A DNA stretch of 64,000 nucleotides from an uncultured virus (IMG/VR IMGVR_UViG_2061766007_000472) (Duplodnaviria; Heunggongvirae; Uroviricota; Caudoviricetes): the IMG/VR virus record IMGVR_UViG_2061766007_000472; one strand, given 5' to 3'. Shown in pieces: positions 34,366-43,434 of the stretch. Every line of letters starts with the position of its first letter. Within the stretch, counting starts at the first letter, position 1. A program made the position numbers and the translations under genes. Below the pieces are notes generated by a model, which did no database searches, was not told where the DNA came from, and saw nothing but the letters and a program-made list of their open reading frames with translations.

Positions 34366-34787
34366 CTGGAGAGAGTGCAAGTGTTTTCGCAAAGTCAAAA
34401 AGAGTAAAAGAGATATGGTGTGTTGACCCGTGGCTTCCTGGTTGGGATGATAATGCCAAAGCATCATCATCAGATTATGTAGAGGTAGAAAAAGCGTTTG
34501 ATTGTGNNNNNNNNNNNNNNNNNNNNNNNNNNNNNNNNNNNNNNNCCAGGATTTTTATGCTAATCACAAAACTTTAAAACCAGATTTTGTATACATAGAT
34601 GCAGTTCACACATACGATGCATGTAAAAAAGACATAGAAACGTCTTTAAAATGGAAAAGCCTAANNNNNNNNNNNNNNNNNNNNNNNNNNNNNNNNNNNN
34701 NNNNNNNNNNNNNNNNNNNNNAAGTTTAAAAAACCAAATAAAGTATTCAAAGAAACGTCGTGGGTCATAAATCTTAAAAAACGCTAA
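34366..34787 (+). CDS. SAM methyltransferase domain (start in gap)
   Basis: GESA...IWCVDPW...DFVYIDAVHTYDACKKDI. Confidence 0.6.
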
Positions 34788-34805
34788 ATCAGTAAATATC
34801 TTCAA

Positions 34806-36617
34806 ATGAAATGCATTTCAAAACATTTGAAGAAACTCCAGGAAGAGAAGCTGATAGCCAAGGAAGACGGAGAAGGCGGAGCTCCAGCTGGAGGGGGCGG
34901 AGACGGTGGAGTAGTCGCACCACCAGACGGCGGAGCAACATCCGATTCAANNNNNNNNNNNNNNNNNNNNNNNNNNNNNNNAACTGGACTTTCCACGACA
35001 GACATACTCGGAAAGTGCGACCACAGGAAAGACGGAGTGTTCGGGCCAGGATGCTTCCATCTTCCATGCGTGTGGTCGATTCCGTGCTATAGGCTACCNN
35101 NNNNNNNNNNNNNNNNNNNNAACCTCGTAAACGAGGAAGACCAGTTCAACCTTTTTGAAAGAGACGCCAAGTACGTAATCCAGAAGGAAATCGACAAGGC
35201 ACAGAAATGGCTTGACAGAATAGACCCAGAGATTTCCCTTGAATACACCGAAGATTACGAGTTCAACGGGGAAAAATCAGATTGGGTTGCTGCCCTTGAC
35301 CAGGAAAACCAGGAAAACATAAAGACGTTCACAGTCGCATTCAACCTTAAGGCTCTTTACGAGTTCCTGTACGAGCAGGGATTGGAAATGGATGAACTTG
35401 AACTAAACCTGTAGATAAAGGTTTCGCTTTGGCACGAAATCGGCCACGCGCTCATCAACTATTTCAGGGACATGGAGATTTACGATTTCGAGGTGTCTNN
35501 NNNNNNNNNNNNNNNNNNNNNNNNNGAGGAATTCGCAAAATACCAGATAAAGAAATTCACTGGCGTGTACAAGTCAAGGTTGAATGATTTCGTGAATGAG
35601 ATTTTCTCTAAACAGGAAGCAAACGAAGAGGAAGTTCAGGAAACAAAGGGAGATATCCTAACAGACTTCAAGCAACCGATAAACCTTGCCAATAAGAAAA
35701 GATTCCTAGGTAAGAACGACGGTCCTCTACAGGGAAAGAAATTCGTGGTTTCCGACATTCTCATTCCAGGAAGTTCAAATCTGTTTGTAAACCAGAACAA
35801 CAAGGACGTTGTCGCCGCGATAAACAGGCACGGAATGCTCTGTCTACAAGTCGAAGCCCAGCCAGAGGACGAAGACGAACAGGATTTCCTCAAGCTTTCT
35901 GTGGACGACAGGAAGAGATTTGTCGACATAATTCTGAACATCCAGAAGTACCTAGACGACCCCAAGGACGATTTCGAGCTTGACGTTGCGTCTGAATTCG
36001 AGAAAGTTTCAGAAGAAGACAGGAAAAAACTCGCTGACAGATATTCCATGCTCATAGGTGGAACAAGGCAGATATGGTACAGGCCAACTCTCATAGACGT
36101 AATAAGGATATGTCACATAGGAGGAGTCGGAAGCCTTCCCCTTGAGCTTCTTGCAAAGCTGGACGACCACGACCACCAGCACCAGAAAAGATACATCGAG
36201 TCCAATCAGCTAAACGAATCGGTTGCCGACCATTCTTTCGTGAAGGACATGTACAGGCTCCAGAGCATGAAAAGCCATTTCGCACCAGACAGATGGACGC
36301 TTCTCACGAACGACTACAAGGCAGACACAGACCTAGGTTATGACGTATACACGATAAGGCTCACGAAATCGAATGGAACTGGAACCAACTACATATTCTC
36401 GTCTGGAGTTCTCTTCGGTTACGACGAAAGCGACACAAGGTTGCAGACAGTATACTATATCGAACCGTGCGAGGTAATCTACATGCTTCAAAAAGGATAG
36501 GTCCTGAGCGGTGACGATAAAAACGTTAGCACCAGGCTCCTTTGGGCGTGTTTCCAGAATCTAGTACAGAAAAAAGCGTTCGCAGGACATGCGGACAGAA
36601 GAACTGGATACAATTGA
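34806..36617 (+). CDS. large late protein with HExxH zincin-like motif (TAGs at 35412 and 36498)
   Basis: Read-through gives LNL*IKVSLWHEIGHALINY and extends the ORF to TGA 36615-36617; GTAAATA at 34792-34798. Confidence 0.55.
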
Positions 36618-36630
36618 TTCCGTTCTTCAT

Positions 36631-36667
36631 AAAAAGAAAAGGCCAGGAGAAATCCTGGCCTTCTTTC
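36631..36667. terminator. bidirectional intrinsic terminator
   Basis: aaggccagga-gaaa-tcctggcctt hairpin between convergent genes. Confidence 0.75.
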
Positions 36668-36683
36668 GTTCTGGTCAATTCAA

Positions 36684-38252
36684 TTATATCATTCCGCCGA
36701 CTCTTCCACCAGCATCGAATATGCTCTGCACGAAGTCTGGAGTATATCCGAAGTAATCCTCGCTTGGGCGGTAGTACCAGTCGTCGTCAAGCCTACCCTC
36801 GTCTCCCCTGTCGAAATGGTAGTACCACTGAATAGGAGTCTTTGAAGCCGAGTCAAATGCCCTTCTGAGCATGGCAACGAAAACGTCGAGGTCGTCTGGG
36901 GTCTTTCCAGACATCGTCCTCAGCATCCTCTTCGTCCTCTTGAACTCCTCGTCGTCCGTTCCGATTCCCTTTGATACCTCTTCTCTTTCGGTCCCGTCGT
37001 TCTTGACAATCGTGTACTTTATCGTACCATCGCTTCCAACTTCCGTTATGGTTATCCGCTTGATTCCACGCGCCTGCGTCTCCGCGTCCTTTTTCGCCTT
37101 CTCTTCTGCGGCTTTCTTTTCATCGTCTGCGTGGTTCTTGTTCCACGAAGCCATTATCTCGGCTGGGCTCATGACCTCTCCGACCATTTCCTCCTCGCCG
37201 ACATCTCCACCCAGCTCACTCTTGTACATGGTAATCAACCTTTCGAGCTCGGCCTGGTTTATCATATCTTCCTTGCCCTTGAGCGTTTCAAGGGATGCAA
37301 GCATCTTCTTAAGCTCTGGCTTCGGGAGACCGCAGTTCAGGATATTCGTGAACGTGTCTATTATCTCCTTGCCGTTTCCATCTTCGCTTTCCCTTATGTT
37401 CCACGTAGCCGAGTCGAACTCTCCGCGCTGGTCGCGTTCTTTCTTCTTTTCGTTGCCGTCCATGTCGAATCCAGTTTCAAGCTCGTCCTTTCCGACCAGA
37501 TTCTGGAAATCCTCCCGTGTATACGCCCCGATTTTTTCTGCCATGTCCATTAGCATCCTTCCAAATCCGTCAATGCTGTACGGCGCGGAAATGTTGTCTG
37601 TTCTATTGGATATATATTGTCCGTTATTAGCTGCCATCAAAGCAAACCTAGGCCACGAGTGGTCCCTGAAGAACTTCTCACGCTTTTCCTGCGGAAGCTT
37701 CCTCATCATGTTGTATTCCTTGTCGATGAGATTTCTTACCGCGTCGTCTACTAGCTTCTTCGCCTTTGCCTTCGGAACCATCTTGTACATCGTATGGGAT
37801 TCTCCAGACTCTTCGTCATCGACATAGGTGTTCACGAACTGGAAATTTTCAGACGCATTCTTTATTTCTCTGTCAATCTCGTTGAATACGATTTTCATCA
37901 CCCTTTCGCGTTCGTAGCTTTTCACCTCATACCATTCGTCATATGCTCCGTCAGCACTGTAGTATTCCGTGTCAAAATGTGGAGGTTCGCTGTTGGAGTC
38001 GTCGAGCACTATCGTAAAATCCTCCCCACTTCCAAGAAGTGTTGCCGACCAGCTTTCAAGACGCTTTGACTTTAGCTCCTGGTTTATGCTTTTGACTATT
38101 TCCTCGAAATCTTCCTTCTTGAATCCCTGTAGCGTAGCCTCGTCTATTTGCTCTGGTCCGATTTTTTCTGTTACATACGTTCCATTTGCCTTCGCCTCTT
38201 CACTTTCGAAAAGGTTTGCCCAGTGGTTGATGATTCCCTTGTCAAGATTCAT
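36684..38252 (-). CDS. acidic hypothetical protein, possible virion internal protein
   Basis: 522-aa ORF; repeated (L/I/V)xE motifs (LFES, IDEA, IRES). Confidence 0.55.
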   Translation of the reverse strand: MNLDKGIINHWANLFESEEAKANGTYVTEKIGPEQIDEATLQGFKKEDFEEIVKSINQELKSKRLESWSATLLGSGEDFTIVLDDSNSEPPHFDTEYYSADGAYDEWYEVKSYERERVMKIVFNEIDREIKNASENFQFVNTYVDDEESGESHTMYKMVPKAKAKKLVDDAVRNLIDKEYNMMRKLPQEKREKFFRDHSWPRFALMAANNGQYISNRTDNISAPYSIDGFGRMLMDMAEKIGAYTREDFQNLVGKDELETGFDMDGNEKKKERDQRGEFDSATWNIRESEDGNGKEIIDTFTNILNCGLPKPELKKMLASLETLKGKEDMINQAELERLITMYKSELGGDVGEEEMVGEVMSPAEIMASWNKNHADDEKKAAEEKAKKDAETQARGIKRITITEVGSDGTIKYTIVKNDGTEREEVSKGIGTDDEEFKRTKRMLRTMSGKTPDDLDVFVAMLRRAFDSASKTPIQWYYHFDRGDEGRLDDDWYYRPSEDYFGYTPDFVQSIFDAGGRVGGMI

Positions 38253-38375
38253 GTCGTGNNNNNNNNNNNNNNNNNNNNNNNNNNNNNNNNNNNNNNNNNN
38301 NNNNNNNNNNNNNNNNNNNNNNNNNNNNNNNNNNNNNNNNNNNNNNNNNNNNNNNNNNNNNNNNNNNNNNNNNNN

Positions 38376-38593
38376 AAGTTGATTCCGTTTCAGACGGTAT
38401 GTCTGGAAGGGTTTTCCTCGACCCTGGGAAGGACGACAAGGAGGAAATCGGAACGGATTTCGGAAAACTCATGTCGGACGCGCTGATGTACGTGGTCAAC
38501 TCCAATGTAAAGGTAGACGAAATCGTTTTTTTATACCGAGACAGAAAATACGGTTAGATGTTCAAGAGGTTTAAGATAAATACATATGATTAA
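38376..38593 (+). CDS. C-terminal part of a hypothetical protein (TAG at 38555)
   Basis: VDSVSDGMSGRVF...KYG*MFKRFKINTYD-TAA, ending 2 nt before the tRNA. Confidence 0.45.
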
Positions 38594-38595
38594 GA

Positions 38596-38740
38596 TGCCC
38601 TATAGTGTAATGGTAGCACAGGAGTCTGGGCCGACTAGTTCAAAGGTAGAACGTCCATAAATGGAAGATTGCAGTTCAATTCTGATATTGGCCTTCCACT
38701 AAAACTCTGGGATTTGGTTCAAATCCAAATGGGGCAACCA
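38596..38740 (+). tRNA. amber suppressor tRNA (anticodon CTA, Gln-like body) interrupted by a 71-nt insert
   Basis: Acceptor TGCCCTA/TGGGGCA (U1-A72 as in tRNA-Gln) + A + CCA; D stem GTGT/GCAC; anticodon stem GGAGT/ACTCT; loop CT[insert]CTAAA; T arm TTTGG-TTCAAAT-CCAAA. Confidence 0.85.
38628..38698 (+). ncRNA. tRNA-like insert/intron lacking an anticodon loop
   Basis: Acceptor GGGCCGA/TTGGCCT + T + CCA; D arm GTTC-AAAGGTA-GAAC; short TCCA-TAAA-TGGA hairpin; T-like arm CAG-TTCAATT-CTG. Confidence 0.7.
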
Positions 38741-38745
38741 AAATA

Positions 38746-38775
38746 AAGAAAAGGTCAGTTTTACTGGTCTTTTTA
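38746..38775. terminator. intrinsic terminator after the tRNA
   Basis: aaaaggtcagt-ttt-actggtctttt imperfect hairpin with A/T tracts on both sides. Confidence 0.55.
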
Positions 38776-39190
38776 TTATTTTAAATACTTGAAATTAATG
38801 TCTAAACAAACATATTTACCCTATTCAAGAGGGTATAATATTTCATCCAAGATGGGATAAATAAGAAAGTACAGACACGATTTCAGTTATGGAACAGGAC
38901 TATCAGAGTAAGTTGGAAGAGGAGTTCAGGAGGTCTGAGAGGAACGTCGACATTCCCCTCACGCTTTTCGGAAACAAGAACACCATCGTAGGCGNNNNNN
39001 NNNNNNNNNNNNNNNNNNNNNNNNNNNNNNNNNNNNNNNNNNNNNTCTAACAAGGAGACAAAGATAACCCTTGTTGTCGGAAAGACGATAGAGAACGACA
39101 GGTTTGACTTTCTCCTCGACGGCGAGACCGTTCCAGACATGAAGGTCGTGGAAAACGTGCAGATTAACTGACATTCGAGGCATCTACATC

Positions 39191-41533
39191 ATGACAATCA
39201 TAAAGAGGAACGGAAAGACCGAACAGCTTGCGAAGAAGAAGATATCGGATTCGCTAATAAAGGCAAACAACTCCGTAAAGGACGAAGACAGGCTTACTCA
39301 GAAACAGATAAAGAGGATATCGGATTCAGTGGTCGAGTTCTGCGAGACCCTGGAAGAGCCAATAGACATAGATGTCCTGGAAGACGTCATAGAGCAGAAG
39401 ATAATGGCGAGCGGGGCGTACGAAGTCGCGAAGAAATACATCACGTACAGATACGAAAAGGAAAGAATCCGCCAGAACAAGTCCATCACCGAGAAGCTGA
39501 CCGCCGCGAACGTACAGAACCAGAACGCAAATGTTGACGAATTCTCCTTCGGGGGGAGAATAGGCGAGACCGCGTCATTCATCACGAAACAATACGCACT
39601 GGAACACCTTGTCTCGAAGATGGCGAAGCACAACCACAACAACAACGAGATATACATACACGACCTGGATTCGTACGCGGTCGGGATGCACAACTGCCTC
39701 TCCATTCCTTTTGACAAGCTTCTTAAAGAAGGATTCAACACTAGGCAGTGCGACGTTCGCCCAGCTGGTTCTATTTCAACCGCATTCCAGCTCGTAGCCG
39801 TATTATTCCAAATTCAGTCCCTCCAGCAGTTCGGAGGAGTTTCCGCGACCCATTTGGATTGGACAATGGTTCCGTATGTCAGGAAATCGTTTTTCAAGCA
39901 TTTCAAGGACGGTCTTGAGTTCATAGAAAATCTTAGTATATCAGAATTTATAGATTTCATAATTGAATGGTCTTGCCAGTCTGTAGACCAGGAAATACTC
40001 AAGTCCGATAAATTCAAGAAAATGACCCAAGACGAGAAGATGGAGTGGGGATTCAAAAACGGTTTTCTGAAAAGCGAAAACGGAAAACTCGTTTGCGGGA
40101 AAGAATATATCGAAGTTTCCATAGAGAATCCAGTGTATAAAAAATACGAAAAAACTTATGAATATGCTATAAGGATGACCGAAAGGGAACTCGACCAAGC
40201 CGTCGAAGGTTTCTACCATAACCTTAACACATTGCAATCCAGGTCAGGAGCTCAGTTGCCGTTTAGCTCTGCCAACTATGGAACATGCACCCTCCCAGAG
40301 GGAAGAATGGTGATAAAGGCAATGCTCGACAATTCCATAAAAGGAGTAGGAAAGCTCCACAAGACGGCAATCTTCCCTTGCGGAATTTTCCAATGTATGA
40401 AAGGTGTGAATCGTAAACCAGGCGACCCTAACTACGACCTGTTCCAGCTCGCCCTCAAATCCACCGCGCTCAGGCTCTATCCGAACTATGCGAACGTGGA
40501 CTGGAGCGGGAACGCTGGATACGACCCAGAGAACCCATGCACGTACTTCAGCACTATGGGATGCAGGACGGCAAACGGATGGGACATAAACTGCGACGAC
40601 CCGAAGCTCGGACAGCTCAAAGACGGACGCGGAAATATCTGTCCCGTTACGATTATCATGCCGACTCTTGCTATGCAGTCCAAGGAAAAGGATGGAGACG
40701 TTGTAGAGAACTTCATGAAACTCCTCGACAAGAAGATAAACGAGGCAAGAGACATGCTTCTCGAACGATTCGATTGGATTTGTTCACAGCCAGCGAAATC
40801 GGCAAAGTTCATGTACGAAAACGGGACGATGTACGGATACAAGCCAGAAGAGGGAATCAAGTCCGCGCTGAAACACGGGACTCTCGCAATCGGTCAGCTC
40901 GGACTTGCCGAGACTCTTCAGATTCTCATCGGGTGCGACCACACCACCAAAAAAGGAATGGAACTTGCCGAGAGAATAGAAGGTCTTTTCAAGGAAAAAT
41001 GCGCCAAGTTCAAGAAAGACCTGAAGCTCAACTTTGGAGTCTACTATACCCCAGCTGAGAACCTGTGCTACACGGCCATGAAGAAGTTCAAGGAAAAGTA
41101 CGGGGAAATCAAGGACGTTTCGGACAAGGAATATTTCACGAACTCCATGCACGTTCCAGTATGGCACAAGCTCACTCCGTTTGAAAAGGTCGACATAGAG
41201 TCGAAGCTGACTGGTTTCTCCAGTGCTGGATGCATAACATACGTCGAGATGGACGCGGAGACGAAGAACAACACCGAAGCCCTGGAAAAGCTAGTCAACT
41301 ACGCAATGGACAAGGACATTCCATATTTCGCGGTTAACGTCCCGAACGACACATGCGACGAATGTGGATTCACTGGAGACATAGAGGAAACTTGCCCAAA
41401 ATGCGGAAGCACAAAAATCCAGCGTCTTCGCCGCGTGACTGGCTACCTCACTGGCGACTACAAAACCGCGTTCAATTACGGAAAACAGCGCGAAACCGAA
41501 AACAGGGTAAAGCACAGCGGAACGGAAGCATGA
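39191..41533 (+). CDS. nrdD: anaerobic (class III) ribonucleotide reductase with ATP cone
   Basis: IIKRNG ATP cone, YIHDLD, MHNC, MGCR, TPAENL, CDEC/CPKC, RRVTGYL glycyl-radical motif. Confidence 0.97.
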   Translation: MTIIKRNGKTEQLAKKKISDSLIKANNSVKDEDRLTQKQIKRISDSVVEFCETLEEPIDIDVLEDVIEQKIMASGAYEVAKKYITYRYEKERIRQNKSITEKLTAANVQNQNANVDEFSFGGRIGETASFITKQYALEHLVSKMAKHNHNNNEIYIHDLDSYAVGMHNCLSIPFDKLLKEGFNTRQCDVRPAGSISTAFQLVAVLFQIQSLQQFGGVSATHLDWTMVPYVRKSFFKHFKDGLEFIENLSISEFIDFIIEWSCQSVDQEILKSDKFKKMTQDEKMEWGFKNGFLKSENGKLVCGKEYIEVSIENPVYKKYEKTYEYAIRMTERELDQAVEGFYHNLNTLQSRSGAQLPFSSANYGTCTLPEGRMVIKAMLDNSIKGVGKLHKTAIFPCGIFQCMKGVNRKPGDPNYDLFQLALKSTALRLYPNYANVDWSGNAGYDPENPCTYFSTMGCRTANGWDINCDDPKLGQLKDGRGNICPVTIIMPTLAMQSKEKDGDVVENFMKLLDKKINEARDMLLERFDWICSQPAKSAKFMYENGTMYGYKPEEGIKSALKHGTLAIGQLGLAETLQILIGCDHTTKKGMELAERIEGLFKEKCAKFKKDLKLNFGVYYTPAENLCYTAMKKFKEKYGEIKDVSDKEYFTNSMHVPVWHKLTPFEKVDIESKLTGFSSAGCITYVEMDAETKNNTEALEKLVNYAMDKDIPYFAVNVPNDTCDECGFTGDIEETCPKCGSTKIQRLRRVTGYLTGDYKTAFNYGKQRETENRVKHSGTEA

Positions 41534-41545
41534 GGGAGAACAGCC

Positions 41546-42052
41546 ATGAACTACGCATCTATACTCAAGTGTGACATAGCCAACGGACCTGGATTCAGGA
41601 CATCCCTTTTCGTATGCGGGTGCCTAAGGAAATGCCCAGGATGCTTCAACCAGGAGGCGCAGGACCCGAACTACGGAAAGATTTTCGACGAAAAGGCCAA
41701 GGAAAAGCTGTTCAAGGAAATGTCCATGGAATACTGCAGGGGCCTGTCTCTGCTGGGGGGAGACCCAATGTCCAAGCTCGGCGACATAAGGAAGACGGTG
41801 ATAGACGTATGCAGGGAATCGAAGGAAAGATTCCCAGAAAAGGACATATGGATGTGGACTGGATACACTTTCGAGGAACTTCTGGAAGACGACACATCGA
41901 AAGAAGTGTTCAGATACGTCGACGTCGTGGTTGACGGACCGTTCATAGAATCCCTCAAAGACGTCAATCTGGTATGGAAAGGTTCTTCAAACCAAAGAGT
42001 CATAGACGTTAAGAAGACAATTGAGACTGGTGAAATTATGATTCTGATGTAA
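41546..42052 (+). CDS. nrdG: NrdD activating enzyme
   Basis: ANGPGFR, GCLRKCPGCFN, LGGDP, VDGPF, GSSNQRVID. Confidence 0.95.
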   Translation: MNYASILKCDIANGPGFRTSLFVCGCLRKCPGCFNQEAQDPNYGKIFDEKAKEKLFKEMSMEYCRGLSLLGGDPMSKLGDIRKTVIDVCRESKERFPEKDIWMWTGYTFEELLEDDTSKEVFRYVDVVVDGPFIESLKDVNLVWKGSSNQRVIDVKKTIETGEIMILM

Positions 42053-42070
42053 ACTGTAAATATTCATTGG

Positions 42071-42145
42071 AAATTCAATTACTCGTACTAATTGGGTTTG
42101 CAAATGATTTTGTATCCCCGACTATGTACGAGATAGTCGGGGATA
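42071..42145 (+). promoter_or_regulatory. two-hairpin leader with complementary loops
   Basis: Stem 42071-42099 with loop CTCGTAC; perfect 13-bp stem 42113-42145 with loop GTACGAG. Confidence 0.55.
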
Positions 42146-42150
42146 TTATT

Positions 42151-42800
42151 ATGGAAAATAAGAAGATTAACTCAAATAAACCTAGGCATGAAATAAATTA
42201 TTGGACTAAGGAAAAAGTTATAGAAGAGGCAAAAAAGTATAAATCGAGAAGTGAGTTCTTTAAAGGATGCCAANNNNNNNNNNNNNNNNNNNNNNNNNNN
42301 NNNAATATAATTGGTTAAATGAATGTACATGGTTTTCTACACCAGTAAATTTATTTATAAATGGATATTCGATATATAAATTTGAATTCAAAGAAACAAA
42401 AAGTGTTTATATTGGGCTTACATGTAGATTAAATAAAAGAAATTACTAGCACCATACAGATTCAGAATCATCTGTTTTTAGACATTCCGTAGAAAATNNN
42501 NNNNNNNNNNNNNNNNNNNNNNNNNNNNNNNNNNNNNNNNNNNNNNNNNNNNNNNNNNNNNNNNNNNNNNNNNNNNNNNNNNNNNNNNNNNNNNNNNNNN
42601 NNNNNNNNNNNNNNNNNNNNNNNNNNTGGTGTCGGAAGTAGCTCATTGGGCTCATTGGCAAAGAAATGGACCACAAAAGAAAAGGTTCGTGAAGAAGCAC
42701 TAAAATATACTTCTAGAAGTGAATTTTAGAAAAAACGTGTTGGTGCATATATNNNNNNNNNNNNNNNNNNNNNNNNNNNNNNNNNNNNNNNNNNNNNNNN
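42151..42800 (+). mobile_element. free-standing GIY-YIG-like homing endonuclease gene with repeated small domains (TAGs at 42447 and 42727; end in gap)
   Basis: YSIYKFEF..KSVYIGLT; WTKEKVIEEAKKYKSRSEF and WTTKEKVREEALKYTSRSEF repeats; AT-rich; next to nrdG. Confidence 0.6.
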
Positions 42801-42932
42801 NNNNNNNNNNNNNNNNNNNNNNNNNNNNNNNNNNATAATAACCACACGACCAATATAAAAGAGTTGATATACGGAGTCTCTTTCGTAGAATTCTCCAAGA
42901 ACTACAACCTTGAAGTTGTATAATATACCCAA

Positions 42933-43160
42933 ATGAACAACCTACGCGACATAATATACTCGGTCAGGAACTATTCCGAGCTCTCGATGAAGCTTTCGAT
43001 AATCGGATTCCCAGTTCCGTCGAAGGACGTGTTCGACATGTGCCACCAAGACGACTGGAAGTGGGAGGTGTTATGTACAATAATGGAAGACCTGGTAGAA
43101 AGGGACATGGATTCATTCGAAGTAGACAGGCTCGTTGAAAATGCATTCAACATTGAATGA
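42933..43160 (+). CDS. small hypothetical protein (YSEL.MKL family)
   Basis: Follows GTATAATAT; motif shared with neighbouring ORFs. Confidence 0.5.
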   Translation: MNNLRDIIYSVRNYSELSMKLSIIGFPVPSKDVFDMCHQDDWKWEVLCTIMEDLVERDMDSFEVDRLVENAFNIE

Positions 43161-43163
43161 GAT

Positions 43164-43400
43164 ATGGACCAGTTTAAAGACATAGATTCATATATAGAAT
43201 TGAAGATGAAACTCGACATGCTTGGAGTTGACTATCCCCCAAAATACCTCTTCGACTTTGTCATTACGGAGAAAAAGAACATGGAGAAACACGGTCTTCA
43301 ATCAGCAACATGGTCAAGATTCTGCGAGGCGATGCAATGGAGAGTTGAAAACGGAATCCCACTATCAAAGATGAACAACCTAAATACTGGTCTCATGTAA
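43164..43400 (+). CDS. small hypothetical protein (YIEL.MKL family)
   Basis: Paralogous to 42933-43160 by eye. Confidence 0.5.
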   Translation: MDQFKDIDSYIELKMKLDMLGVDYPPKYLFDFVITEKKNMEKHGLQSATWSRFCEAMQWRVENGIPLSKMNNLNTGLM

Positions 43401-43434
43401 CTCGAATTCAAACATGAATGTATAATATACCAGA

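Noticed and set aside
36871..37827. Long antisense ORFs (e.g. 36871-37827 +, 3664-4257 +, 45925-46545 -)
   Set aside because: Ser/Phe-rich mirror translations of Glu/Lys-rich genes on the other strand, with no motifs.
38628..38698. Insert as a group I intron or a functional decoding tRNA
   Set aside because: Only 71 nt, ends in CCA rather than G, no catalytic core visible; anticodon arm is a 4-nt loop that cannot decode.
39920..40140. AT-rich stretch inside nrdD as an intein or intron
   Set aside because: In frame, about 70 aa, with no intein C-terminal HN/C motif or intron features; looks like a variable loop.
42835..42922. Possible structured RNA 3' end pairing with the 42067 leader
   Set aside because: Reads as an ordinary C-terminal coding frame (NNHTTNIKELIYGVSFVEFSKNYNLEVV-TAA); the pairing is short and imperfect.
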